Shown here: piece after piece, positions 37,417 to 47,098 of the stretch
How the letters are laid out: each line of letters opens with the position of its first letter
Numbering within the stretch: the first letter of the stretch is position 1
From: Gammaproteobacteria bacterium
GTDB lineage: Bacteria; Pseudomonadota; Gammaproteobacteria; Pseudomonadales; Pseudohongiellaceae
Length of the DNA stretch: 51,260 bases
Direction of reading: 5' to 3'
NCBI GenBank assembly: GCA_963854365.1
Contig: CAWKZI010000001.1
Location: forward strand, 1 to 51,260
Notes under the pieces: model-generated
The model's database searches: none
What the model was told of the DNA's origin: nothing
What the model saw: only the letters and a program-made list of their open reading frames with translations
Position numbers and translations under genes: made by a program

Positions 37417-39393
37417 CTACTTATAATAAGCTAATGCTCCGGGGGCAAAATGTCGTGGCATTGATGGTGGGTATTCATTAGTCCAAAATTCCTTCTTGCC
37501 CTGACAATTAATTAGTGTGGAAATGCCTTCCGTCGCTGCCAACTTATATCCCCTCTCTAGGGCAGGCGTAAACTGCTCAGGGCTAGTTACATATTCACCA
37601 TTGCAGCCAAGCGCCTCAGCAATTTTTTCATAGCGTAGATTTTCTTGAAACAAGTACATATGCTGGGCTCTAGTGGCTCCACGGCCTCCCCCGGATGTCC
37701 ATACTCCCCAAGCATTATTATTATAGACGATCATAACCGCCGGTATACGGTACTTACCTAAGGTGTCGAACTCCATAATCGAATAAGCAGCACCAGCATC
37801 ACCGGTGATTCCAATAACTGGAGAACCCTTGTATGGTGCTTGAGGACCAATGCCATTCTGTACTGCAGCACCTACACCTACGGTGTAGCCTATATCTGGA
37901 CCAATGGCACCATACTGATAGGCTCCATTACATATCTGTCCAGGACGGTAGGCTCGGAGATAGCGACGCGTATAACGGCCAATACCATAACCGCCTGACA
38001 CAACAGCAGTTTGTTGGCGATCAATATCCCCGTTATAAAGAAAATCATTCAGTTGGCGACCTATAACCGCCGGGTGAATTGATTCTGTATCTGCGCTGTA
38101 TTTCAAACCAAGTCGATAGTACTCCTCGCTTTGATCATCAAACGCTTTACGCGCAGAGGCAAGCTCATCTCTCCAACCTTGGCGCGTTCTTGAGGGCAAG
38201 GCGTCTTCTAGAGCTTCAAGCGCTGCTTTCTCTGAGCTAACAATGCCCAGATCTATAGGTACATTACGACCAATGTCACTAGCATCCGGATCAATGCGAA
38301 TCCAGCGAGCGTCAGGACCGAATGCAAACTCACCGATAGAAGGCATACAATATTGACCAACTAGAATAACCAAATCTGCACTGCGAATAGCATCGAGTCC
38401 GGTAGAAGCCGAAAGTGAATGACCATCTGAAAAATGACCACGTTGAGGTGCCGATTCCACGACCGCAATATCATTTTTCTCCGCAACTCTCAGTAGGGGT
38501 TCCCAGGCTTTGTCGTAAAAAACCCCTGTACTGGCAACAATCATCGGGCGAGAAGACCGCTGAATCATTTCTACAGCGCGAGTAATGTCAGCAGGATTAG
38601 GATGGGCTTTTGACTCAGTACGATAACGAGTTTTGTCGTAGTAATACTGTAATTCGCCCGGCTCTTCAAATCGCGCGCGCGAAATTTCACCAGGAAAGTC
38701 TAAATGAACTGGTTTCGGAACTCCTGTCTTAAGCTGGCGGAAAGCATAAGCTGAATACTCATAAATTCTGTTCGGGGTAATCATGCGCTTACCCCATTTT
38801 TTCAAGCCATCAGTTTGTGATTGCTGATAGGCAGTTTGAATTCCATGTTCGGTATCGTCCTCGCCAATAGTCTTATTACTAGCAATCACCAACAACGGAG
38901 ACCGTGCTGCGTTGGCAGCACCAATATTCATAATCATATTAGTGAAACCTGGCCCCTCTGTACCAGAAGTTGCTGCAATCTCACCAGTGACACGAATAAA
39001 ACCATCTGCCGCTGAAACCATATTACCCTCGCAGCGTCCGCCATAACTTGGAATCCCCTCGGCGGCTATAGCATTAATCATGTTGTAATTACCCGGGCAA
39101 CAAAAGAACCCTGCAACGCCTTCATCACTACAGAATTTTGCAAACACTTCTGCCCCGCTCATGGGAAAATTGGCCGGCTTAGCGGCTTCAGCCAAGGTTC
39201 GCGGAATTTCTTCAGGAATCTTGATTCCCGGACCATCTTGTTCTTGAGCCTTAGAGGTTTCACTTTGCATCAGAGTAGCAGCGCCAGCTCCAGCAATTGC
39301 TGTACCCTTTATAAAATTACGCCGAGATACAACCGACTCTTGTTCAGCACTGCTGGAGGCTTTCGATTTTTTCGCATCTTCTTTTTTAGACAT
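37417..39393 (-). CDS. Thiamine-diphosphate-dependent enzyme (acetolactate-synthase/pyruvate-oxidase/benzoylformate-decarboxylase superfamily) with twin-arginine signal peptide
   Basis: ATG 39393 has GAGGAA 5 nt upstream. Tat motif [19 protein letters not shown]. The PYR-domain catalytic Glu lies in [14 protein letters not shown]. The ThDP/Mg motif is GDAGAAYS...VYNNNAWG. The protein has three domains. Confidence 0.85.
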   Translation of the reverse strand: MSKKEDAKKSKASSSAEQESVVSRRNFIKGTAIAGAGAATLMQSETSKAQEQDGPGIKIPEEIPRTLAEAAKPANFPMSGAEVFAKFCSDEGVAGFFCCPGNYNMINAIAAEGIPSYGGRCEGNMVSAADGFIRVTGEIAATSGTEGPGFTNMIMNIGAANAARSPLLVIASNKTIGEDDTEHGIQTAYQQSQTDGLKKWGKRMITPNRIYEYSAYAFRQLKTGVPKPVHLDFPGEISRARFEEPGELQYYYDKTRYRTESKAHPNPADITRAVEMIQRSSRPMIVASTGVFYDKAWEPLLRVAEKNDIAVVESAPQRGHFSDGHSLSASTGLDAIRSADLVILVGQYCMPSIGEFAFGPDARWIRIDPDASDIGRNVPIDLGIVSSEKAALEALEDALPSRTRQGWRDELASARKAFDDQSEEYYRLGLKYSADTESIHPAVIGRQLNDFLYNGDIDRQQTAVVSGGYGIGRYTRRYLRAYRPGQICNGAYQYGAIGPDIGYTVGVGAAVQNGIGPQAPYKGSPVIGITGDAGAAYSIMEFDTLGKYRIPAVMIVYNNNAWGVWTSGGGRGATRAQHMYLFQENLRYEKIAEALGCNGEYVTSPEQFTPALERGYKLAATEGISTLINCQGKKEFWTNEYPPSMPRHFAPGALAYYK

Positions 39394-39409
39394 GAGAATT
39401 CCTCTGAAT

Positions 39410-39832
39410 CTATTCTTCTGTGGGTCGAGTTTCTTTAGGGCCAATATTTAAGATATGTGCAACAATTTGCCAAATTGTTTGATCATCAATCGTATCTTTA
39501 AATGGAGGCATTTCCAAACCAGCCCCAAATTTTATACTACGAAATATATGCAATGGCGAATCACCATAAAACCATGTATCGGGCGAAGTAAGATCAGCAG
39601 CAATGAAATCAATATTCGCCAAAGCGCGCCCATCAGCGTCGTGACAAGACTGGCAGTTTATAAGGTAGTAACTCTTACCTCTGGCTGCCTCAGATTTAGA
39701 ATAAGCCTGGGGGGCAATTTCCGTGGGCATTTCAGCAGCTAAAGATGTTTGGTAAATGAAGGCCAATAATAAAGGGGAAACTCCGGCAGAAAACCGCAGA
39801 AGATAGCTCATTATTTGTAGAGAAAATTTCAT
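39410..39832 (-). CDS. Monohaem c-type cytochrome, exported
   Basis: Signal peptide, heme motif CQSCH and the Met-containing block GLEMPPF. Its stop codon lies 17 nt upstream of the ThDP enzyme start. Confidence 0.8.
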   Translation of the reverse strand: MKFSLQIMSYLLRFSAGVSPLLLAFIYQTSLAAEMPTEIAPQAYSKSEAARGKSYYLINCQSCHDADGRALANIDFIAADLTSPDTWFYGDSPLHIFRSIKFGAGLEMPPFKDTIDDQTIWQIVAHILNIGPKETRPTEE

Positions 39833-40008
39833 AGGGGATTACTAATTAATTCTCGCTGGGCTGTTAGTACCCAAATCGTCTATTTGTTAGCAAGAGCCCT
39901 AGATTAGCTTATTTCTTAATATAGAAAAAGACTCATTCGAAATCAGTAGGGGATATTTTGGAACAAATAACTCTCAACTAATTCCAATCCATGCATAAAA
40001 CAAAATGC

Positions 40009-40039
40009 AAAAAAAAGGAACTGTTCCCAGTTCCTTTTT
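40009..40039 (-). terminator. Intrinsic terminator after PQQ dehydrogenase 40090..42114 (bidirectional architecture)
   Basis: A8-GGAACT-gttccc-AGTTCC-T5. On the minus strand the hairpin is followed by eight U. It lies 51-81 nt after the stop codon. Confidence 0.7.
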
Positions 40040-40053
40040 CCTAAACAGCATAT

Positions 40054-40080
40054 AAACCCTAGTCTAGACGGCTAGGGTTT
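40054..40080 (-). terminator. Second hairpin immediately after the same stop codon
   Basis: AAACCCTAG-tctagacgg-CTAGGGTTT forms a perfect 9-bp stem. No U-run follows directly, so it may stabilise the mRNA 3' end or act together with the adjacent terminator. Confidence 0.4.
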
Positions 40081-40089
40081 AGTATTTTT

Positions 40090-42114
40090 CTAGTGCCCAT
40101 CACCACCTGAATCAGCAGCACCTGGCAAAGCCATTGCTGTTAATGAAGAAGATGTTTGTAGCATGATGTATTGATGACCATCATGCACCCACGAGCTCAT
40201 GCCGTAACTGCTGCGAGATGGAGCCTCAATCTCGCCAATAATTTCACCGGTAGACTTATCAAGCCCCCAGAGCATTGGCGTGCCATCTGTAGAATTATCT
40301 GAATAGATCAGCATATTAGCAGTCACAACCATAGGCACTAATGCACCTGTACCAGTGTTACCTACTTCCTCAAGGTCAGCGCCAGCCGCTTCAAAAGCAT
40401 CTAGGTTGCGCTGAGAAGTTTCACCAGTTGGAATCATCCAAGCGTGATCGCCGCTGTTCATATCGATTGCAGTAATACGGCTATAAGGCGGCTTGAATAG
40501 TGGTACACCAGCAGGATGGCGCGGTGGGCGGGCTGTTGCGCCAGCTACACCATTCGCGTACTGCGCTGTTGTTGCGCCAGTAGAATCTGGGAACAATAAG
40601 TCAGCTTCTTCTCCAGGAATCAAACGCAGTGCGAAACAGTTCTTATGTGAAGAAACATAGAGCATGCCAGTAGTAGGGTCAGCCACAGCAGGAGCAGTAA
40701 TATTTGCTCCGCCAGCTCCACCTGGGCAGTTCATGGCCGCATATTTTCCCATATCATTATTAGCATGGATCGGCGGATTAAAAAGACCACCCATTACGTA
40801 GTCCCCCAACGCTGCAATCGCATCTGCACGCAGTTTAGGCGTGAAATCAACCAAATCATCTTCAGTAACACCCTGCATTTCATAAGGGTCAGGTTTAGTT
40901 ACATGAGGCTGAGTTGGCGACAATACTTCGCCTGGAACAATTGAAGGAGGCACAGGTCTCTCAACGATTGGCCAAATAGGCTCACCGGTGAGGCGATTGA
41001 ACGCGTAAACCCACCCCTGCTTGGTTACTTGCATGACACTAGGAATCGCACCTTGGCCCTCAACATTCAGATCCAAAAGAACTGGTGCGGTGGGGTTATC
41101 AAAGTTCCAAATTTCGTGATGAACCATTTGGAAGTGCCATGCTCTCTCGCCAGTTCGGGTATCGAGAGCAATGATTGCAGCACCATAAAGATTGTCACCA
41201 GGGCGGAAACCCCCATAATAATCAATAGTCGCACTATTGGTTGGGATGTAGACAAGATTATTTTCAGGATCTGCTGACAGAGGTGCCCAAGAAGACACAT
41301 CACCAGTCCATTCCCAAGCATCATTTTCCCAAGTCTCATGACCATACTCGCCTGGCTTAGGAATTACATTGAATTTCCATTTGAAATCACCTGTTCTAGC
41401 ATCATAAGCAAGAATGTCACCTGGCACGTTTTCGATACGGGCCTGGTGATAACCTTGCTCTGCTGAGTTACCAACGATAATAGTATCGTTAACAACAATC
41501 GGCGGGGATGAAGAAGTAATGTATCCAGTTTCTAGTGGAATTCCATTATAGGGATCATAAGGGTGTCCAAGGTCAGCTAGCAGATCTACAACACCAGTTT
41601 TTGGAAATCCGTCAACGGGAATTTGACCGCCAAAACCTTCAATCGGAACTCCGGTATCGGCATCCAAAGCAGTTAGAAAAAACGCTGGCGAGATCATATA
41701 GACAACACCACGCCCATCGATTTCTGCATAGCCAACGCCTTTACCGTAATCGGCTCGCATTGAGTATTCGCCACGCGGAGTATTCGGTTCACGATAGGAC
41801 CAAATAGTTTCTCCATTTTTAGGATCGATTGCGATTACGTGTCGGTTATAACCAGCAACAGTAAAAAGCTTACCATCGATATAGGAAGGCGTAGAGCGAC
41901 CACTCACAGCGCCAAAACTGGCACCATCCCATTCCCAAGCAACTTCAAGATCATTGAAATTTTCTGCCGATATTTCTGCTGCTGGCGTGTAACGCGTATG
42001 GGCAAAATCATTGCCTAAGGTAAACCACTCAATCGAATCTTGAGCGACCAACAAACTTGAAGAACCCCAAAGGATTATACCTAAGAGAATTCTTCCAGAT
42101 TTTAGAGTATGCAT
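40090..42114 (-). CDS. Periplasmic PQQ-dependent dehydrogenase, glucose-dehydrogenase-like propeller (copy 2)
   Basis: Strong ribosome-binding site AAGGAGAAG and a Sec signal peptide. Motifs AIDPKNGETIWSY, ILAYDARTGDFKWKF, ALDTRTGERAWHFQMVHHEIWNFD and AIDMNSGDHAWMIPTG are present. Paralogous to 32759..34747. Confidence 0.85.
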   Translation of the reverse strand: MHTLKSGRILLGIILWGSSSLLVAQDSIEWFTLGNDFAHTRYTPAAEISAENFNDLEVAWEWDGASFGAVSGRSTPSYIDGKLFTVAGYNRHVIAIDPKNGETIWSYREPNTPRGEYSMRADYGKGVGYAEIDGRGVVYMISPAFFLTALDADTGVPIEGFGGQIPVDGFPKTGVVDLLADLGHPYDPYNGIPLETGYITSSSPPIVVNDTIIVGNSAEQGYHQARIENVPGDILAYDARTGDFKWKFNVIPKPGEYGHETWENDAWEWTGDVSSWAPLSADPENNLVYIPTNSATIDYYGGFRPGDNLYGAAIIALDTRTGERAWHFQMVHHEIWNFDNPTAPVLLDLNVEGQGAIPSVMQVTKQGWVYAFNRLTGEPIWPIVERPVPPSIVPGEVLSPTQPHVTKPDPYEMQGVTEDDLVDFTPKLRADAIAALGDYVMGGLFNPPIHANNDMGKYAAMNCPGGAGGANITAPAVADPTTGMLYVSSHKNCFALRLIPGEEADLLFPDSTGATTAQYANGVAGATARPPRHPAGVPLFKPPYSRITAIDMNSGDHAWMIPTGETSQRNLDAFEAAGADLEEVGNTGTGALVPMVVTANMLIYSDNSTDGTPMLWGLDKSTGEIIGEIEAPSRSSYGMSSWVHDGHQYIMLQTSSSLTAMALPGAADSGGDGH

Positions 42115-42307
42115 GTGCTTCTCCTTATTTTATTCTAAACCTGACTGAATTTAGGTGCTTACCGCCTAATTTTAAGCCGAGCACAAAAGTACTATAAATA
42201 AGCCTGAATCACTAATAAATTTGCGCTCTAGGCCTGAAAAAAGCTATTTTTAACTCGAGGCTCATTGCAACAAATAAACAATAAGATATGGTCCTAATGT
42301 CAAACCC

Positions 42308-44506
42308 TTAAAATGTGCCGCTTACACTCAAAGAAAGACTTCTTCCCGAACTACTGCACTGATCCTCTATTTCCTCAAGAATGCCACTAGATATACGCCC
42401 TACATAGCGTTGACGTTCTCGGCAGAATTTAGGGTTGTTAAACCCAGAGATATTTAGACGAAAAGTGATATCGCCAAAAGCAATGACTTCAGCAAAAGCT
42501 AAAGCAAAGGGATCGCCCGCAGACAGCTCAATATCGTCGATATCATAAGTCTTTCTATTGCCATCGAAACTATTGTTCCAAGAAATGCCATAATTCATAT
42601 TCCATCTGGCAATATCATGGCGAAAACCGAGGGAAAGCCGGCCGCGATTATTACGGTTGAATCTGCGATCAATGCCTAGAAATGTATCAGTGATATTAGA
42701 ATCTTCGACATTTAGGCGAGAAGTAAGCAAGAGGTTTGGCATGTCGATCATCCGCATACGAATACTGGCGTTAAGATTCATTCCGTATTTGTAGCCTTCA
42801 CCGACATTGCCGTTTGCCGCTTGCAAACTATCTTCTGAAGCCGATACATCGATTCGCTCTATACGGTCAGTCCAATCTTCATAGAAAATATTACCATTGA
42901 CTACACCAACATCATTAGGTAATCGATATTCTGCATTAATATCATATTTCCAATACCACTCTTGACTGAGGTTCTCATTACCCGCTTGAATATTACTGTC
43001 TTCGTCTCTGTTATCTGTTGCCGCAACAAAATCGTTAAAACTCAATTGCTCGACTACTTTCTCGACCGAACCACGTAATTGTAATCTTGGGGTTAAGTCA
43101 TAACGGAAATCAACTTTCGGTTTAAAAAAATCAAAGTCCCGCTTGTTTGATACATCGCCACTCTGACTAATTTCAGATAATTCATAAAGCAACGAACTCT
43201 CCAAAGACATCCGTGAATTGATCACCCAGTTATGAATTAGAAAGGGTTCATAGCGAATTTCTTCAACACTTGAATTTGCGTTGGAAACATTAACCGGAAT
43301 CAACCCGCCATAAGCAGCTGAAGGCGCACCAGTGCCTTTCGCAAGCCCGAGGGCAAGATTTGAACCCAAAATTGTTTGGGCTCTCTCAGCTCCAAATTCG
43401 ATGTCTTGGCCTTGAGCAATATCCATAGTGTAGGACCCACGCACAATCCTCTCCCGAGTCGTGCTAGATGAATCCAAAAAGAGATTCTTATCTTCGGAAC
43501 CATCTGCTGCCACATTCCATCGGTCTCGCACATTTCCAAAAAAAGCCTTATTGCTGATAAATAAAACCTTAAAGCGATCACCACTCGAAGTGTTGAATTC
43601 GTAATCACCACCTAATTCCCAGTTTTCTGTATCAGTAGGAGTGGCTTCCCGCTGGAGTGCTATTAGATTTGGGTTAACTTTTAAATCTGTAGTGCGACGA
43701 TTCAGTTCTGAATCCGAATTTCCCTCTCTCAATAGGGCATTGAAACGGGCGCTACTATTGTTACTGATCTGATAATCGAGATTGGTACTAAGCTGCGTTG
43801 CGTTGCCATCGGAAACTCTATCTTCCCGAACTAAATCATTAGGAGAAAAATCACCTAGAATACTATTCTCTTTGCTGATGCTATTAAAATACACATCCTC
43901 AGACCGAACATTGAGTAGAAAATTAAGTCCACCCTGCTGGCCACTGTAGGATAAATCTGCTCTTGGCGAAATTGTATGATCCCGAGAACGTTGCACGTTA
44001 GCTTCATACGAAATACTTGAGCTGCTGAGCTGCTCAAACAAAACAACGTTTATAACCTGACCACTCCCGCGAACGTCCAGCTCTCCTGAAGTGCCTCGGA
44101 TGATTTCAATATAGTCCACTTGGTCAGCAGTGATTCGAGTAAGTTGACCTCCTGTACTATTATTTTTACCAGCGGTGCGTTTTCCATTAATTAGAATTTC
44201 ACTCTGGCTACTCCCACTGCCAAACCCTCGACCACCTCGACCACCTCCTCCTCGACTGAAACCACCAGGTGGCCCTCCACCACGAAAGCTTCCTCCACCA
44301 CTAGAACCACCGCTCGCGCCAGGGATGCGGTTAAGCATATCTTGCGCAGAGACTGGACTAAATTCAGTAAAATAGGAGGCAGGATAAACAACCGTCGAGT
44401 CCTCTCCCTGATTGTCTTGGGCTAGTGTCAATGCGGGAATGCAAAGAAGTAAGATTGAGAAAGTAAGCGATACAAGAGTTTTAAAAATATGTCGTGAGAT
44501 CGTCAT
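42308..44506 (-). CDS. TonB-dependent outer-membrane receptor (copy 2) with Gly/Arg-rich insert
   Basis: AAGG ribosome-binding site and a signal peptide ending LTLAQ. Plug motifs DMLNRIPG, ILINGKR and IEIIRGTSG are present, and the C-terminus is SVSGTF. Paralogous to 28428..30581. Confidence 0.85.
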   Translation of the reverse strand: MTISRHIFKTLVSLTFSILLLCIPALTLAQDNQGEDSTVVYPASYFTEFSPVSAQDMLNRIPGASGGSSGGGSFRGGGPPGGFSRGGGGRGGRGFGSGSSQSEILINGKRTAGKNNSTGGQLTRITADQVDYIEIIRGTSGELDVRGSGQVINVVLFEQLSSSSISYEANVQRSRDHTISPRADLSYSGQQGGLNFLLNVRSEDVYFNSISKENSILGDFSPNDLVREDRVSDGNATQLSTNLDYQISNNSSARFNALLREGNSDSELNRRTTDLKVNPNLIALQREATPTDTENWELGGDYEFNTSSGDRFKVLFISNKAFFGNVRDRWNVAADGSEDKNLFLDSSSTTRERIVRGSYTMDIAQGQDIEFGAERAQTILGSNLALGLAKGTGAPSAAYGGLIPVNVSNANSSVEEIRYEPFLIHNWVINSRMSLESSLLYELSEISQSGDVSNKRDFDFFKPKVDFRYDLTPRLQLRGSVEKVVEQLSFNDFVAATDNRDEDSNIQAGNENLSQEWYWKYDINAEYRLPNDVGVVNGNIFYEDWTDRIERIDVSASEDSLQAANGNVGEGYKYGMNLNASIRMRMIDMPNLLLTSRLNVEDSNITDTFLGIDRRFNRNNRGRLSLGFRHDIARWNMNYGISWNNSFDGNRKTYDIDDIELSAGDPFALAFAEVIAFGDITFRLNISGFNNPKFCRERQRYVGRISSGILEEIEDQCSSSGRSLSLSVSGTF

Positions 44507-44700
44507 TTAAATGACCTTAGTTTAGCAATATGAGACCCTACGAAATTAACGCATATTTGGATCATTCTGACCTTGGGATCTAAGAAGTATAAACCAGAAA
44601 ATTATTCTAAATTGTCACAAATTGTATGTGTCTCAATGGTTTGTAGGATTCTTTCCGATAGCGAAAACAGGGAATGCAGCGTTTTACACTGGCCCTCTAT

Positions 44701-46167
44701 TCATGAACTACGAATTCCGCCATCGCCCTGCTCATTGCCCTCTAAATTCGTAATTTGATCCTGGTTAAGTTGAGTTTTACGAAATATTCCAAAGCCCATA
44801 TATGCAAGACCAATAGACAACAGTGGGTTGAGATAGTTAAAAAACGCCCACGGAGCAAATTCCAGCGGAGACATGCTGAGCACACCTGTAATAAACGCGC
44901 CCGAAGTCGTCCATGGAATAAGCGAAGTACTTAAGGTAGCTCCCTCTTCTAGGCAACGCGACAACATGTGCTTCTCTAGACCATCTTCTTCGTAAGAGTC
45001 TTTGAATATCTGCCCGCCGAATATGATAGAAAGATAACCCTCGCCCATACTCATGTTAGAGACAATGCCTGCACCAATCGTGGCAGCCATAAGACTTGCG
45101 GAGCGCTTGATTCGCATCAGTAACCCACTCAGTAGAACTCTAACGAAACCCCCGCGATCGAGAATTCCACCGAGGGATAGCGCAATTAGCGCCAATGACA
45201 TTGTCCCCATCATACTTGTTATGCCTCCGCGAGTGAGGAGTGTATCTAGTTGTTCTAGGCCCGTATTCGCGACATAGCCAGTGTGCAAACTATTTAGTAC
45301 CTCAGTAACAGCTCTATCTTGCATCGCGACAGCCAGCACGATCGCAGTCCCAACACTGGCGAGCATACTTACTTCGGCCGGAGCTCGCTTGAGGCTAAGG
45401 GTAATCAGCACAATTAATGGCAACAGAATCAGAGGGCTGATGGCGAACTCGACATCGAGATGTTGAGTGAATATCAATAACTCTTCGGCAGAGAGGGTCT
45501 GACCGCTATAGTAAAGTCCTAATAGTGTAAATAAAATAATACTGATGATGTAAGTCGGCACACTGGTGTACAACATCGATTTGATGTGAGAGTAGAGGTC
45601 AGTGTCCGCACTCATGGCTGCTAGATTCGTTGTGTCTGAAACTGGCGACATTTTGTCACCAAAGCTTGCACCGGAGACGACCATGCCAGCTACTAATGGC
45701 AGCGGAATACCCAGAGCGGCTCCTAATCCCATAAGAACAACACCAATCGTGGCAATTGTTCCCCATGCCGTGCCGGTCGCCAACGACATAAGGCTGCATA
45801 GTACTAGACCAGCTGGTAGGAAAAAAGTTGGATGAAGTAAGTCCAAGCCATAGTAGATAAGCCCGCCGATCGTTCCGCTTTCAATTAATGCAGCGACAAG
45901 TATGCCAATTAGGAAGAAAATAAAGATCGCGCCCAGACCTTTTTCGATACCCGAAACCATTGCAGATTTGATTTTTAGATAGCTGAAGCCTCGCAGTGAA
46001 GAGTGTCCCGCAACCCACACTAGCGCGATTACCAGTAAGCTATGCAGGCTAATCCCCAACCATAGCATTCCAGAAATGACGATAACGATGACACCACCGA
46101 AACAGATCAGCGAGTGAAGAAAGCTAGGGTCTTGTTGGTCTTGTTGGTCTTCTGTGGAATTAATCAT
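44701..46167 (-). CDS. nhaC: Na+/H+ antiporter, NhaC family
   Basis: 488-aa polytopic protein with the block SGASFGDKMSPVSDTTNLAA, characteristic of NhaC-type antiporters. Confidence 0.8.
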   Translation of the reverse strand: MINSTEDQQDQQDPSFLHSLICFGGVIVIVISGMLWLGISLHSLLVIALVWVAGHSSLRGFSYLKIKSAMVSGIEKGLGAIFIFFLIGILVAALIESGTIGGLIYYGLDLLHPTFFLPAGLVLCSLMSLATGTAWGTIATIGVVLMGLGAALGIPLPLVAGMVVSGASFGDKMSPVSDTTNLAAMSADTDLYSHIKSMLYTSVPTYIISIILFTLLGLYYSGQTLSAEELLIFTQHLDVEFAISPLILLPLIVLITLSLKRAPAEVSMLASVGTAIVLAVAMQDRAVTEVLNSLHTGYVANTGLEQLDTLLTRGGITSMMGTMSLALIALSLGGILDRGGFVRVLLSGLLMRIKRSASLMAATIGAGIVSNMSMGEGYLSIIFGGQIFKDSYEEDGLEKHMLSRCLEEGATLSTSLIPWTTSGAFITGVLSMSPLEFAPWAFFNYLNPLLSIGLAYMGFGIFRKTQLNQDQITNLEGNEQGDGGIRSS

Positions 46168-47098
46168 GTTGCGATATGGTACTCATATATAGAAGGGGCT
46201 ACTAATTCAAATGCTCAGTTCATATCCTACTGTTACAACTGAGTCAGAATACTATAACTATTCTTTATCGGGGAAATAAGGGCCTGAATGCATTTAATTG
46301 ATTAACAAAAGTAAGTGATCCCCCTCGATATACTTTAATTCCGGACACTTTCTTTTATCAGGCCAGGTTGCCCTATTATTATTTTCTTTTGTAAGCTCGA
46401 TTGATTACCCTAGTTATTCCCTGGAATCTAAGGCGTAGAGATTATGAAAGACCGCCAAGATCAATCACAAGAAAAAGACTAATGCTTCCGAGATCCACAG
46501 ATACTAAATCGATTAGAAACAAAGTGAATGTTTTGTATTTTAGAGATTTCTTAATGAGTCTTTTTTAGCTGGGAAAGGTTACTTTTTGATCCAATGAGAG
46601 GAAGCCAGTTCCTGTTTAACCAGTATTCCAAATCAAACATTTGCAAATCATAAGATAGTTTAATGCGAACTTATCATAGAATTTTAGATTGTTTAGCCAT
46701 ATAGAGCAAAACTTAATTTCTATAAACTACCTTATTAATTATCCAATTCCTTTACTCGTTTATTATCGATTTATTCCTAGAAGGTTTGCTTCGCGCTGAA
46801 CAGCTTCATGGTGTCGGTAATATACTTATGTGTCCTCGTTTGAGCACTGTTACAAAATTAAATCTTTATCACAAACATGCACCTAACCGTCACAATTTAG
46901 GATATCCAAGCAACACTCGCCCCCAAACCGCTCCACACACATTGGCTCGGCAAAAACATTCGCATTCGGCGTAGCTAATTCCAAATTCTCACTCAGCTAA
47001 CAAGCCCAAAAATATCGACGTGCAATTAGGACACTGACGAGATACTTTATTAGCTACAAATCGCCATAATCACAATAACAAAGGCTAATCGAGGTCTT

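Noticed and set aside
44175-44375. 66-aa Pro-rich ORF on the plus strand (and its overlapping 44191..44391 minus-strand frame variant)
   Set aside because: It is the antisense or alternate-frame shadow of the Gly/Arg-rich coding repeat of TonB receptor 2. It has no independent start context or ribosome-binding site.
46848-46894. Canonical Pho box upstream of phoD
   Set aside because: The three GT(C/T)ACA-like heptamers are about 20 bp apart. They do not match two CTGTCAT repeats with 11-bp periodicity. The observation is kept only as a weak note in the findings.
46786-46974. 62-aa ORF inside the nhaC-phoD gap
   Set aside because: It has no ribosome-binding site, an odd composition (His/Pro/Thr-rich) and no family resemblance. 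I treat it as a chance ORF.
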